DNA from: Savitreella phatthalungensis
Lineage: Eukaryota
Direction of reading: 5' to 3'
DNA: 64,000 nucleotides
Assembly: GCA_051599415.1 (NCBI GenBank)
Contig: AP039690.1
Coordinates: 372,001 to 436,000, forward strand
Shown piece after piece: positions 42,692 to 53,123 of this stretch. Under the pieces are notes generated by a model. It had not been told where the DNA came from. It did not search any database and saw only the letters and a list, made by a program, of their open reading frames with translations. A program made the translations under genes and the position numbers. Position 1 is the stretch's first letter, and the number at the start of each line of letters is the position of its first letter.

Positions 42692-45166
42692 ATGGAGACC
42701 TTCTTGCGTCTGCGTCCGCCTGCAAATGGCACAAAATCCCGACGCTATTGTTTCGTGAACGATACACCACACACGGCAAGCGCTGATGATCACTGTCTTC
42801 CAACGTCATGCGAGATTCACACTGCAGGCCACTCGCGCAATAATCAGCAACAAGCAACCGCATCTGTGTCGACGACGCCTGGACCAGCAAAAATTGAGAC
42901 GCTGTCATTTGACGGAATATTCCAAGAGACTGCCGTGAACAGTGACGTTTACGATCGATGTGTGCGCTCCTCTATCGCCAGCCTCTTCACTGAAGAACCT
43001 CAAAGAGCGAGCGATGGTATCCTATTCACACTCGGAGTCACTGGCTCGGGAAAGACGCACACAATCTTTGGAAATTCTGTGAACCATCCCAGCAGCGATC
43101 AAGGCATCGCCTATCGTGCCCTGGCAGACATTTTTGCCAAGGTTTCGTCATCGGACAAGCCACGGAAGCTCGGTAAGTATGAAGTTTGCGCATCTGAGCT
43201 GCTAAAAGCCACAGACGAGCCAATGCAATGCTCCGGTAGCGTTGATGCCGATGTCTTTCTGAGCTTCGCTGAGCTTTACAACGATAAGTTCTATGACCTG
43301 CTCTCGCGCATCTCATGCTCCGCGACCGACGAGCCCAGTGCGCTGACGCTTCGCAAGAGGCCGAACAGCGACCGTCGCGACGTCTCCGGACTGCTGAAAG
43401 CTCACTGCCGATCGCTCCAGCTCGCAAAACAGCTTATCACGGATGCGCTGTTGCAGCGTCGCGTGCTTGCCACAAAGCTTAACACGGCCAGCTCACGCTC
43501 GCATGCGATTCTCACGATCGAGATCCGCGCGCGCGATCCGATCGGTCGAAGTGGCATTCACAGTGCGGCTGAATACACCATCGTTGACCTAGCAGGCTCC
43601 GAGCGAGCGAAAGCGACCGGTTTGTCGAACGCTGTGTCTGGATCAAATGGCCTAGCGGAAGCAGGCCAGATAAATCTGAGCCTCATGGCGCTTGGTCAGT
43701 GCCTCGAAGCGTTGCGGTCGGCCACCGTTGCGAGCTCGGCACCTGCAAGTGGGACGGCCACACGCAAGCCCGTCTTCCCGAGCAAAATGTCGAAGCTGAC
43801 TCAAGTTCTATTTGACGCCCGATACTGGGAATCCGCCTTGGAGCAATCTGCATCGCGCGCGACAGCAAGCAGCGGTCCACGTGTCTGCATGCTCGTCTGC
43901 ATTGATCCGTGCAATCACGTTGCCGAGAACGTGAATGGTGTTCTGCGCTACGCGGCAAATGCTCGTGCCGTCCGGTCGCTTTCACGCACGCATTTCGCTG
44001 CGCCAACAGCTGCAACGCAAGCCCATACGATTCCGCGTCGAGTTGGCTTACGAAGCACATTGACAAGCTCGACTAATCATTCTATCAAACAAGATCCTCG
44101 TCTTTCCGGGTTATCGGCATCATCTTCCCTGCGAAGCTGTACAGATGATTCTTCTGACGCCAATTGGGTGGTTCATCACGACCCCGAAGAAGTGGAGAAC
44201 GAAGACAGCCTTTCTGACCACGACAACGATGCTTTCATCACGCCTCGTCAGACGCTCGAAGGCATCCCAGAAGATCTCGGATTAGCCTCTGTCGTTTCTG
44301 AGCACGGAATCGAGTCGACCTGTGGATCGCCGGCTGAGGAGGAACCCGATGCTGAGGGCATTCTTGCCGATGCGCTTCCTAAGTTACTGGCGCTACTGTC
44401 AACAGCAGAGGACGAGATGCTAGCCCAGGTCGACACGGTTGCGGATGACAAAGAAGCGGCTTTGGAGTCTCTGCTTCGCGAGCTGGCCGTGATTGTGCCG
44501 CTCCCGACATTGCTCCGCGGTCTGTGTGCGCACGTCGAGCAGACGACCTCTGCCGAGATGCACGCCAATTTTGACGCAGTCTTAGCCGCGAGTGATCGCA
44601 GCCACCGCGATCGACTTGCGGATGAACGTTACCGTGCGCAAGGCCTGCAGGATGCCAAAATTGACCTCCTCCGCTCGGCGGCCGCTGCCAATGGCGGAGG
44701 CAGTCAAATCGTTTGCCGCACAAGCACGGATGAGCAATTGCGCGAGGCGCAGAGTGTCATCGCCGCTGTCCGCGAAGAAAACAGGGTGTTGTCTGCACAA
44801 GTCGCTGCGCTCGAGGCCGCTCAAGGTGGAGCGCCCGTCGAAACGCATGTGCTCGGGGACCGCCGGTCACCGCCCAACGTCCCATCGTACAATCACCAAC
44901 CAACTCTGCACGACCATGACAATGACTACGACAAGGAGAACTCGCATCCGGATGGGAGGCTACGGAGCACTTCGCTTGGCAAGCGCAAGGTGTCAGCTGG
45001 TGTCTTGGTCGAGACATCGGCTTCGGAACGACCACTGTACGAACCTCCCTCACTAACGACCACACCGACAAAGAAGAAGCAGCACCACGAGAACAAGGGT
45101 AGAGCTGAGGATGAGTGGTCGCTGATCGATCAAGTAAAGCTCCTCACACAGAACGGCTTCCAATAG
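42692..45166 (+). CDS. Kinesin motor protein, kinesin-6 (Klp9)-like
   Basis: FLRLRP, P-loop GVTGSGKTHT, ELYND, switch I NTASSRSH, switch II DLAGSER, LMALGQCL, C-terminal coiled coil. Confidence 0.88.
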   Translation: METFLRLRPPANGTKSRRYCFVNDTPHTASADDHCLPTSCEIHTAGHSRNNQQQATASVSTTPGPAKIETLSFDGIFQETAVNSDVYDRCVRSSIASLFTEEPQRASDGILFTLGVTGSGKTHTIFGNSVNHPSSDQGIAYRALADIFAKVSSSDKPRKLGKYEVCASELLKATDEPMQCSGSVDADVFLSFAELYNDKFYDLLSRISCSATDEPSALTLRKRPNSDRRDVSGLLKAHCRSLQLAKQLITDALLQRRVLATKLNTASSRSHAILTIEIRARDPIGRSGIHSAAEYTIVDLAGSERAKATGLSNAVSGSNGLAEAGQINLSLMALGQCLEALRSATVASSAPASGTATRKPVFPSKMSKLTQVLFDARYWESALEQSASRATASSGPRVCMLVCIDPCNHVAENVNGVLRYAANARAVRSLSRTHFAAPTAATQAHTIPRRVGLRSTLTSSTNHSIKQDPRLSGLSASSSLRSCTDDSSDANWVVHHDPEEVENEDSLSDHDNDAFITPRQTLEGIPEDLGLASVVSEHGIESTCGSPAEEEPDAEGILADALPKLLALLSTAEDEMLAQVDTVADDKEAALESLLRELAVIVPLPTLLRGLCAHVEQTTSAEMHANFDAVLAASDRSHRDRLADERYRAQGLQDAKIDLLRSAAAANGGGSQIVCRTSTDEQLREAQSVIAAVREENRVLSAQVAALEAAQGGAPVETHVLGDRRSPPNVPSYNHQPTLHDHDNDYDKENSHPDGRLRSTSLGKRKVSAGVLVETSASERPLYEPPSLTTTPTKKKQHHENKGRAEDEWSLIDQVKLLTQNGFQ

Positions 45167-45375
45167 TCAACATCCTGCACCATCCCCTTCTTCCCCGTCC
45201 AACGTACTAATGATCACGTCAAATTCCTCTAGACGGCGCACGCACTCAAATTTACTCGTCTCAATTGATTGTCTGTATCGTTCTCGTTGTCATTGTCATT
45301 GTCATCGTCGTTCTAAAAGCGATGGAGGCTTCTAAGCAGTATGAGTGTTCTTAGCCTGGTAGGTGTGAGTGCACT

Positions 45376-46782
45376 TCAGACTGTGATGGATCCGCCGATG
45401 GGCGGGGTGGCAAATTGCTGGGACGGAATTCCACGTTTGGCCAGGTAGTCAGATAGGCGTCTGGGGGGCTCGAGCACGTCCTCGAAGTTGCGAGATAGGC
45501 CTCCTCGGAAAGTTGCATAGTGGCAAGCGAGCGCACGCTTGCTTCGGAGCTCGCAGAATACATCCACGGCGTCCTCCGGACAGAAGTGGACGGCGGAAAG
45601 ACCGGATCTAGGCGAGTAGAGTCCGATCGGGAGGATACTCAGATCGATTCCGCCACCCTGAGAGAAAAGACGGCCGATCGCTCGAAATGTCGGATTCGTG
45701 GGATATCGACCAGCGTCAACGTCCGCTGGGTCATCAAATTCCAGAGCGAGTGGAATTTCTGGCTTTCGGAGAGACGAGTGGGACGGCGGATCCTCTCTGA
45801 GACTCTGTGAAGCGGTGATGGAACTAGCCGCCGTGGATTGATCGCTTGGCGGCAACGATAGCGATACGGTATTTCCCGGAGCTAAAGTGGATGAGCGTTC
45901 CTTCCCCGGATGAGTCGGGTCAGCAGACGGCGGAAGCTCGCGAGACTCGCCGGGAGTCGACATGTATCCTGAATCGCCAGCGAAGTAAATCCGCTTGCCA
46001 CAAGCCTCGATCAGCCACGAGCACCACAGACTCTTGTCCTTGTCAGTGAGCGAGCGCGCGCTGTTGTGCTGTGATGGCAGACAGAATGTCTTGAAAGCTG
46101 CATCAGGCCCAAGCTCAGGCACCGAAATCTTTCCACTTTGCCACCAGTCCAGTTCGTGGACACGCGCGGATTCTACGCCCATGGATTTGAAGACCCGGCG
46201 ATTGTTCAACCCGACAAGATACTGCATCGATTTGTTGCTCCGTCGCTCGAGCTTCCCGATCGTGACCTCATCGAGATGATCATAATGGTTATGTGAGATG
46301 ACGACAATGTCAATCTCGGGAAGTTCATCGACTGTGCACGGAAGCGCGGAGTATCGTTTGGGCCCGAGATGGAGGGCGCGTGCCCATGCTGGGGAAGTGT
46401 ACTTACCAAACACCGGGTCAAGCAAGATGCGGATGCCACGAGCTTGTGAAGCATTTTGTTTCGGCAGTTCGATGACGAATGTTGCATGACCAATCCACGT
46501 CACACGTGCGTCTGTATCAAGGTCTACTTCGCCAGCAGGAGGATAGACACGCCATGCTGGCTTTACGACTTCGTAGTGTGAGCTTATTCCCTTTGGGACA
46601 GGAATTCGAGGTGGGTGGACAAACAAAAGCTTGAGTGCCTTGGTGAAACTCAGTTGATGAGGATCGAACGATTTCCACGGATTTTTGAACTTTGTGGCAG
46701 ATTCGTTCACCCAGTGAGCACGCTCCTCATCCAGAGGACGGCCTGTGACCGGATGGGTAAGTGATGGTAGTCGCTCGAGCAT
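45376..46782 (-). CDS. NAPE-hydrolysing phospholipase D (metallo-beta-lactamase fold), Fmp30-like
   Basis: FKNPW, TWIGHAT, LLDPVF, ISHNHYDHLD, LPSQHNSAR, LWCSW, YFAGDSGY, LPIGLYSPR. Confidence 0.92.
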   Translation of the reverse strand: MLERLPSLTHPVTGRPLDEERAHWVNESATKFKNPWKSFDPHQLSFTKALKLLFVHPPRIPVPKGISSHYEVVKPAWRVYPPAGEVDLDTDARVTWIGHATFVIELPKQNASQARGIRILLDPVFGKYTSPAWARALHLGPKRYSALPCTVDELPEIDIVVISHNHYDHLDEVTIGKLERRSNKSMQYLVGLNNRRVFKSMGVESARVHELDWWQSGKISVPELGPDAAFKTFCLPSQHNSARSLTDKDKSLWCSWLIEACGKRIYFAGDSGYMSTPGESRELPPSADPTHPGKERSSTLAPGNTVSLSLPPSDQSTAASSITASQSLREDPPSHSSLRKPEIPLALEFDDPADVDAGRYPTNPTFRAIGRLFSQGGGIDLSILPIGLYSPRSGLSAVHFCPEDAVDVFCELRSKRALACHYATFRGGLSRNFEDVLEPPRRLSDYLAKRGIPSQQFATPPIGGSITV

Positions 46783-47448
46783 GCAGCTCCTAGATGAGTT
46801 CCATGTGGAGATGGGAGAGGATCGTGTAAGCCTGAGACCGGGAGGACGTGTTGTTGTCGCTGCTAGTGTCTGGCGAAGAAGAGATGGTGAAGGTTTCTTG
46901 ATGAGCGTCAGTAGCAGCGGTCGCTGCAGCAGAGGCGTGAATCTGCTACTTATTGTGCCTGATGTGCTTGTGGCGCACAGAGCAACAGCGCTAGCAGCAG
47001 TTGAAGGCGAAGAATGGAGAAGAGAGCGTGGAGGTTTACGCAGGCGTCTGATAACGCGAGGTAAAGCAATGAAGTTTTAGACTGCAGTCGAGCTGATGAT
47101 GCGCTGACAGAATGCTGAGCTTCGACCAGCTTTGTTCAGTTGCAGGTGCGATAAAGGATGATGACGGCAGATGTAGGAATTACGAGGTACTGAACGTGTC
47201 AGAAGACCGGTATTTGCACGTAATTGGTTTTCACCGGTTCCGGCGATAACGATCGTATCGATACTGATGTGCGTGACAGCTGACAGACGATACGCGCGCC
47301 AAGTCTGAGATATGCGCTCCGTTTTCAATGCTTGCTGGACCAGAGCGCTGCTGACCTTGTGTGATGTTGTATATTTTGTATCTTGTACGTATGTTTTTGT
47401 GGATGACGGGAGTGAAGTCCAGTGAAGTGACTGAAGACGAGATTGAGA

Positions 47449-47468
47449 TGAAATGAAATGAAATGAAA
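47449..47468. repeat. (TGAAA)x4 pentamer repeat
   Basis: Read directly from the sequence. Confidence 0.8.
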
Positions 47469-48284
47469 ATAGGCCTGCAGTGGACTGAGTCGAATGCTAG
47501 GTGGAGTGCAATATAGTGGGAAGTGGACTGATAAAGCGAATTCAGGTGGAATGACGATTGATTGTCTGACTGTCTTTTTGTATGATTCTGTTCTGGCTGA
47601 CGTTTGAGAGCCCGGCTTGGCAAGGCCTTTCGGAACTAAATTTCAACCGAGTGGCTTCTGTTCTCTGTCTTTGCATCTCCGTTTCGGCATCCTCGATAGG
47701 GTTCCCATCTATAAGTTGCTGGAGATTGCAGGTTTCAGAACCACATTAGAAGCACAAATAGATCTAGACCTCGACAGGGTCTAGTCTGCATGATGAAAGA
47801 CCTGAATTTAGGTTTATAGCAAGCAATGGATCTGAGGATGGATTGGATCTGAGTCATGGAATTACTGATCATTGACTACCCGACTTTTATGTTATACACT
47901 GATTCTGCAGCAGGTTCCAATGCTCTTGATTGCATAGTCAACCCACTGTTAGAATTGCGCTGTATGCTGCATGCAAGCTGTGGCGGTTCTTGGGTTGTTG
48001 TGGTGGCTAAGACCAATGGTTTAAATATCAATTTTTTCGATTTTCCAACCTGCAGTAAGGTTATCAATCTTCAACTGTGTCGCGATCACGATTGTCTGTG
48101 TCGATATCATGCTTGCGCGTCTCCACTCGATTCACACTCATATGCACGAAAGCATTCACGCTCACGTACACGCTTACCACTCCAATCGACGTCAGCCATC
48201 AATTGACCAGACCGCACTGCATAGGTCGCTGACCATTCGCAATCCTTCAGGTGTCCTGCTCTCTATTCGACCGCTTCGAGAACC

Positions 48285-49214
48285 ATGTTCCTGACTCGTT
48301 CAGAGTACGACAGATCGGTCACATCCTTCTCGCCAGAAGGACGGCTCTTCCAGGTCGAATATGCTGTCGAGGCAATCAAGCTCGGATCTACAGCCATCGG
48401 AATCTCCACTTCTGAGGGCGTCGTACTAGGTGTAGAGAAGCGTGTCGGTTCCGTGCTGATGGAATCCTCATCGATCGAGAAGATTGTCGAGGTTGATTCC
48501 CACATTGGCGCAGCCATGTCAGGTCTTACAGCTGACGCACGCACCATGATTGACCACGCCCGTGTCGAGGCTCAGAACCATCGATTCACCTACGACGAAC
48601 CCATCAGAGTGGAATCCTGCACCCAAGGCGTGTGTGACTTGGCCTTGCGTTTCGGCGAGGGCGGTGACTCTGACGATGACGAGGAAGGTGGTGACAATGG
48701 CGGCGGCAATGTCATGTCTCGACCATTCGGCGTCGCCTTGCTCGTAGCCGGCTGTGACGAGGATGGACCACAACTCTACCACGCTGAGCCGTCAGGCACT
48801 TTCTTCAGGTACGATGCAAAGGCGATTGGTTCAGGATCCGAAGGCGCACAGGCAGAGCTGCAGACCGCATATCACACATCCCTAACATTACCAGAGGCAG
48901 AACAGCTATGCCTACGGGTACTCAAGCAGGTGATGGAGGAGAAGCTAGATGCGAAAAATGTCCAACTCGCGAGCGTTACACCGGCTGGCGGATTCAAAAT
49001 CTACGACGACACACGCATGCGTCAAGCGGTCGACAGACTCGAAGGTGGAGGAAGCACCGGAGCGGATAATGATGCTGCAACAGGTGACACCGCTAACATT
49101 TCCGCAGCGCCAGAATCTGCGCTCGACGCTGGAGCCTCTGCGGACGATGCGGCAGCCACGCCGATGGATACATCCGGCGGTAGCGGCGATGGCGATGGTA
49201 CCACGGACGTATAG
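48285..49214 (+). CDS. PUP2: 20S proteasome subunit alpha type 5
   Basis: [70 protein letters not shown]. Confidence 0.97.
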   Translation: MFLTRSEYDRSVTSFSPEGRLFQVEYAVEAIKLGSTAIGISTSEGVVLGVEKRVGSVLMESSSIEKIVEVDSHIGAAMSGLTADARTMIDHARVEAQNHRFTYDEPIRVESCTQGVCDLALRFGEGGDSDDDEEGGDNGGGNVMSRPFGVALLVAGCDEDGPQLYHAEPSGTFFRYDAKAIGSGSEGAQAELQTAYHTSLTLPEAEQLCLRVLKQVMEEKLDAKNVQLASVTPAGGFKIYDDTRMRQAVDRLEGGGSTGADNDAATGDTANISAAPESALDAGASADDAAATPMDTSGGSGDGDGTTDV

Positions 49215-49260
49215 ATTTTCGCCAGAATACCTGCTGCAGCGGACAACCCAGACCTCATGC

Positions 49261-50265
49261 TCAATGTCTATTGTTGGGATCGTTGCTGCCTTGATAGATC
49301 TCGAGCTTGCGTCGATCGTGAGACCATCGAATCCCAACGCCTCTATTGCCAGTCCAGCGCCCGGTATCAAATGGGTACTCGCGCTTCCATTCTGCCATGT
49401 CCTGTGCTCTCGCCCGTTCCTCTGCCGTCATCTCCTTCTCATGTGGCGTAGCCGAGTTCGTGTCTGCACTCGCGCCGCTATTGTTGTGCTGCGGCTCGTT
49501 CGCCACAAATCCGCTGTAGTCCGCATACCTTTCTGCATAGACACACGCGATTCTGGTCAGAGGCTTGTTCATCCGGTCATCCGCGCATCTGATCCATTCC
49601 GCTCGCAGGCCAACGATCTTGCCGGCGAGAACGTCGATCGCTGGCTCCAGCGCTGCTCCGCCCACGTACGGATCAGGTCGCCCGATCCAGCCTGAACATC
49701 TCCCTCGCGTCGTCGACAGCTCCACCGCGCCGATCACCCACTCGTCCACACGAGGATTGTCTACGCGGATCGCAATCTGCGACAGGCGTTCGGCCTGATG
49801 CTCAGTGTCATGGCGATGAGCGCGGGCGAGTAGTTTGTCTAGTGTGGTTCGCGCGATGTGTGGCTGTTCTGGCGTCGTTGTGCCGTTCTCGTTCAACCGA
49901 AACTCAGCTCGCTGTAATTTTGGGGTGTGTAGCTCACCGATTGCGCAAACAGGTGAGGTCTCTTCTCCGACTGCATGCACCGCAAGCGCTTGAACACCTG
50001 TGTCTTGATTGTAGTACACGCTGATTCTCGAGATATTGTCGGGCAATAGCGCTGTCCGCTCAAGCACCAAATCGTCCTTCGTCTCACCAGTGTTGCTCTC
50101 TCTAGTCACCGACAGAGGCGACGAGTCAGGTCGGCCTACCATTTCCGAGTGATACAACGTCACATCTATCTTCGATCCATGGCCAGTCTTCTTCTCGTCA
50201 GACAGGTCAGGCATGTAGCCTGAGGCTGGACGAGCCATGTACGCTGGCGGATCCGTCAACGACAT
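49261..50265 (-). CDS. Hypothetical protein with possible jacalin-like beta-prism segment
   Basis: 334-codon ATG ORF; ISRISVYY...VQALAV, VIGAVELSTTRGRCSGWIG and GKIVGLRA resemble jacalin strands. Confidence 0.6.
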   Translation of the reverse strand: MSLTDPPAYMARPASGYMPDLSDEKKTGHGSKIDVTLYHSEMVGRPDSSPLSVTRESNTGETKDDLVLERTALLPDNISRISVYYNQDTGVQALAVHAVGEETSPVCAIGELHTPKLQRAEFRLNENGTTTPEQPHIARTTLDKLLARAHRHDTEHQAERLSQIAIRVDNPRVDEWVIGAVELSTTRGRCSGWIGRPDPYVGGAALEPAIDVLAGKIVGLRAEWIRCADDRMNKPLTRIACVYAERYADYSGFVANEPQHNNSGASADTNSATPHEKEMTAEERARAQDMAEWKREYPFDTGRWTGNRGVGIRWSHDRRKLEIYQGSNDPNNRH

Positions 50266-50579
50266 GACGCTGAAAGTCTTTACAATCGCAGAGCGATGGG
50301 CTACTGCTTTATGAGGATTGTCTCAGGGTCTGGGTATTTGCGCACGTCATAGGAAATGCTCATGCATGGCCAAATTCTCCGACCGGTCGATCAATCCAAT
50401 TGATCTCCAAGGCTGATTTGACGATCAGCTTATGAGGAACAGACGCTACCCCATACTGCAGTCCTCGCGACACAACTCGACGAGCTCGCTGAGACGTGAT
50501 GACCTATCAACAATTACACTCGTGCGTCGGTTCATAAGATACATGTCATAGAAGGGATGGCAACTAAGTTTTGGTGTTA

Positions 50580-51575
50580 TTAGTCGAGATTCCCTGCCTT
50601 TCTGCTCATCTTTCCACCAGTGACCTGCCGCTCATGCAAAGAGTCGCGAATCAGAAAGCTGTACCACCAGACAGTGATCGGAATCGTTGAAGCATGCCAA
50701 AGCGCGTGAGCATCAATCCAGTGCGGACCGTAGAAGTCGAAAAGCTCGAGTGACATTGCAACAGCTAGCGCCACAACCGCGCCAGCAGGGATCCACGCCC
50801 ACTTTGGACGAGAGGAAGCGTACTTTCCCGTGTATACGAGCCAGCAGACCCCATGCAACGCGCCGGCGACAACATTTGCCGTCATGTTATACGCGTAGTC
50901 GAATCGCCAGAAGCTTAAGTAGCTACAGTGCGCGAGGAAAAGCGCGAACAGCAGCAATCCCCAGATGCGCGCTAGCGTCCGATAGCTTGAGAGCTTGTAC
51001 AGCTCGAATACCCGGACAGGTGCGTAGTAAAGTCCGTAAAGGACATATGCGCCAGCGGAGAAGTAGTCGAGGCGCTCAGTGACGCGATTGTCCCGCGTGT
51101 GGAATACAGTCGACCAAAGCCACGCGTTCAATCCTAGAACTGCGAGACCCAGATAGTATGTGTACATCGGATCAGTCTCCGTTCTCAGGTTGCGTTTGAC
51201 TCTGCCTAAGCCTTGCCAGTGCGTCAGACCGTTGAGTACGGAGAACAACATGGATAGGGGCTCCTGGACACCCAGAACCCGGGTGAAGGGCCATTTGCCG
51301 TGGAATTGCTCCAGCTCGTATCCTTCCCGTACTAGAATGTCGGTCACGTGACGCTGGCATTCGTAGTCGACATCCTCCGCGCATGTCCAGCGCGTCAAAC
51401 GCAGAGACCACGGCAGTTTCTGTCCTCCAGCACGAAGTACCCCATCTGGCTCGCATCTGTTCTGAAGGCCCGCGGCAACACACTCGTGAAAGATGTCGAG
51501 CTGATCACCTCGGGAAGCGCACGTTTTCCCGATGAATAGAGCACCTGCAGCTGCCCACCAGCCATGTATCCGCAT
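50580..51575 (-). CDS. PER1: GPI remodelling factor Per1/PGAP3
   Basis: Signal peptide then ASRGD, WTC...YECQ, QFHGKWPF.RVLGVQEPLS, WSTVFHTRD, TERLDYF, LELFDF, IDAHALWH. Confidence 0.95.
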   Translation of the reverse strand: MRIHGWWAAAGALFIGKTCASRGDQLDIFHECVAAGLQNRCEPDGVLRAGGQKLPWSLRLTRWTCAEDVDYECQRHVTDILVREGYELEQFHGKWPFTRVLGVQEPLSMLFSVLNGLTHWQGLGRVKRNLRTETDPMYTYYLGLAVLGLNAWLWSTVFHTRDNRVTERLDYFSAGAYVLYGLYYAPVRVFELYKLSSYRTLARIWGLLLFALFLAHCSYLSFWRFDYAYNMTANVVAGALHGVCWLVYTGKYASSRPKWAWIPAGAVVALAVAMSLELFDFYGPHWIDAHALWHASTIPITVWWYSFLIRDSLHERQVTGGKMSRKAGNLD

Positions 51576-51863
51576 GTCAAGCGTGTTCCGGGCCTGAATG
51601 GTGAACGTTCCTGTCAGGGCTGTCTCAAATGTCTTACTTTCCCTCTGAAGCCATTCTATGTTACTCACTCTGGCTCTCACTCGCGCTGTTTGATCATGTA
51701 TGTCAGATATGCACAGCGCGGTATGCATTGCAAGAAAAAAACTGGAAATCGTGATGAATGCTCGAGGGCAGCTCTTGGACTGACAAGGAAGAGTTTCAAA
51801 GATAGGCGTCAAGCGGTCACTCACTCTGCTGTCGTAGAGCACACCCATCACAAATTCTCGATC

Positions 51864-52319
51864 ATGGTGTTAAGAATCAGACTGCAGCGGCAGGGTCAGA
51901 AGAAGCTCCCAATCTATTCGATCGTCTGCGCAAATGCTCGCACAGGACGGAATACGCAACCGATCGAGCGACTAGGCACATACAACCCAATCCCGACTCG
52001 AGAGGGCATCAAGCACATTGAAATCAATCCCGAACGAGTTCATTATTGGATCGGCGTCGGAGCTCAGCCAAGTGAGACGGCAGCGCGTGTGCTTGAGAAG
52101 GCGGATCTGTGGGTACGTCCACCAAAGCCCGAGCGCCAGAAACATCATATATTCAATGATCTCAGAGTAGATCTCGCCGCATGCACACCGCCCACATCAC
52201 CGCTTCAGCAAGCACTCGCCGCCACCGGTCTCCCAGCAGCAAGGCGTGTCGGTCCACGCAGGGGCACAAAAACGATTCGAGCTGGAACCCCTTCGGCACC
52301 TTCGAAAGCTTCCGCATAG
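51864..52319 (+). CDS. MRPS16: Mitochondrial ribosomal protein S16 (bS16m)
   Basis: MVLRIRLQRQG...PIYSIV...RTGRN...IERLGTYNPIP...YWIGVGAQPSET. Confidence 0.95.
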   Translation: MVLRIRLQRQGQKKLPIYSIVCANARTGRNTQPIERLGTYNPIPTREGIKHIEINPERVHYWIGVGAQPSETAARVLEKADLWVRPPKPERQKHHIFNDLRVDLAACTPPTSPLQQALAATGLPAARRVGPRRGTKTIRAGTPSAPSKASA

Positions 52320-52510
52320 GTGATATAACCACCGCTTTAACGGTAGTCAGATAGACAGACGACACGGCATATGCATGATTGTACAGTGATAGAGAGGTCT
52401 GGCGCTTCGGTTACACGATATGAGAAGATGAATGTTGTCTGATGCATTTGTACAAATGGCACAATAGCCGTGTGAAGTCGATACGATTTAGCTGACAAAT
52501 GGTCGATATC

Positions 52511-52883
52511 TTAGAAACCCTTTGGAGGCACGCGAGGGATCGGCGCCTTTGTGAATTTGGGTACCTTGTGAACGCCCTTACGGTATCCGTCTGCAGACCG
52601 TGCAAACACCGTGTACTTGTCTCTCGAGGGCATCTGTGACTCCGGCAAAACCTCCTGCTCAGCGCGTGCAAGCGACTTGCATGCGGCAGCTGCTCCCGAC
52701 GACTCAGCATTTGCAGCTGCACGCAGCGTTGTGATCACATCGTCCACAGCACGAAGCCGTAACCGCTGTCGAAATTTCCGGGGCGCCGACATGCGCCATG
52801 GGACTTTCCTAGAGAATCTGTCAGTGTATGCCCAAGCAAGTCGCAAGATTATTTTACCATAGCAGTCCACTGGAGCGAGCCAT
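52511..52883 (-). CDS. MRPL31: Mitochondrial ribosomal protein L31 (mL60); exons 52883-52858, 52808-52511
   Basis: Removing intron 52809-52857 (GTAAAA...ACTGAC...TAG) gives MARSSGLLWKVPWRMS...RQRLRLRAVD...DKYTVF...GYRKGVHKVPKFT...PKGF. Confidence 0.92.
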
Positions 52884-52980
52884 GTCTTGCTGTGGATAGA
52901 CAACAGCACTTAAGAGAGCTTGATTTGTAGTAGCGTGTCAAGGCTCTGCCGCAAAGCTCTCGGTAAATTTCTCCAGATGT

Positions 52981-52989
52981 GTCACGTGA
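52981..52989. promoter_or_regulatory. GTCACGTGA E-box (Cbf1/bHLH-type) in the MRPL31-RAD14 divergent promoter
   Basis: Exact RTCACGTG match in the 240-bp gap between the two start codons; function inferred. Confidence 0.45.
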
Positions 52990-53123
52990 TTCAGAAAAAC
53001 ACCACTTACAATTGCTAATTGCTAGAGACAGACGTCATCTGGAAGTCTCACAAAAACGCGAGTCGTAGAACAGTCTGTAACTCATCACGAAGCAATTCTA
53101 TATCAGCGCATCAAAGAAGTGCG

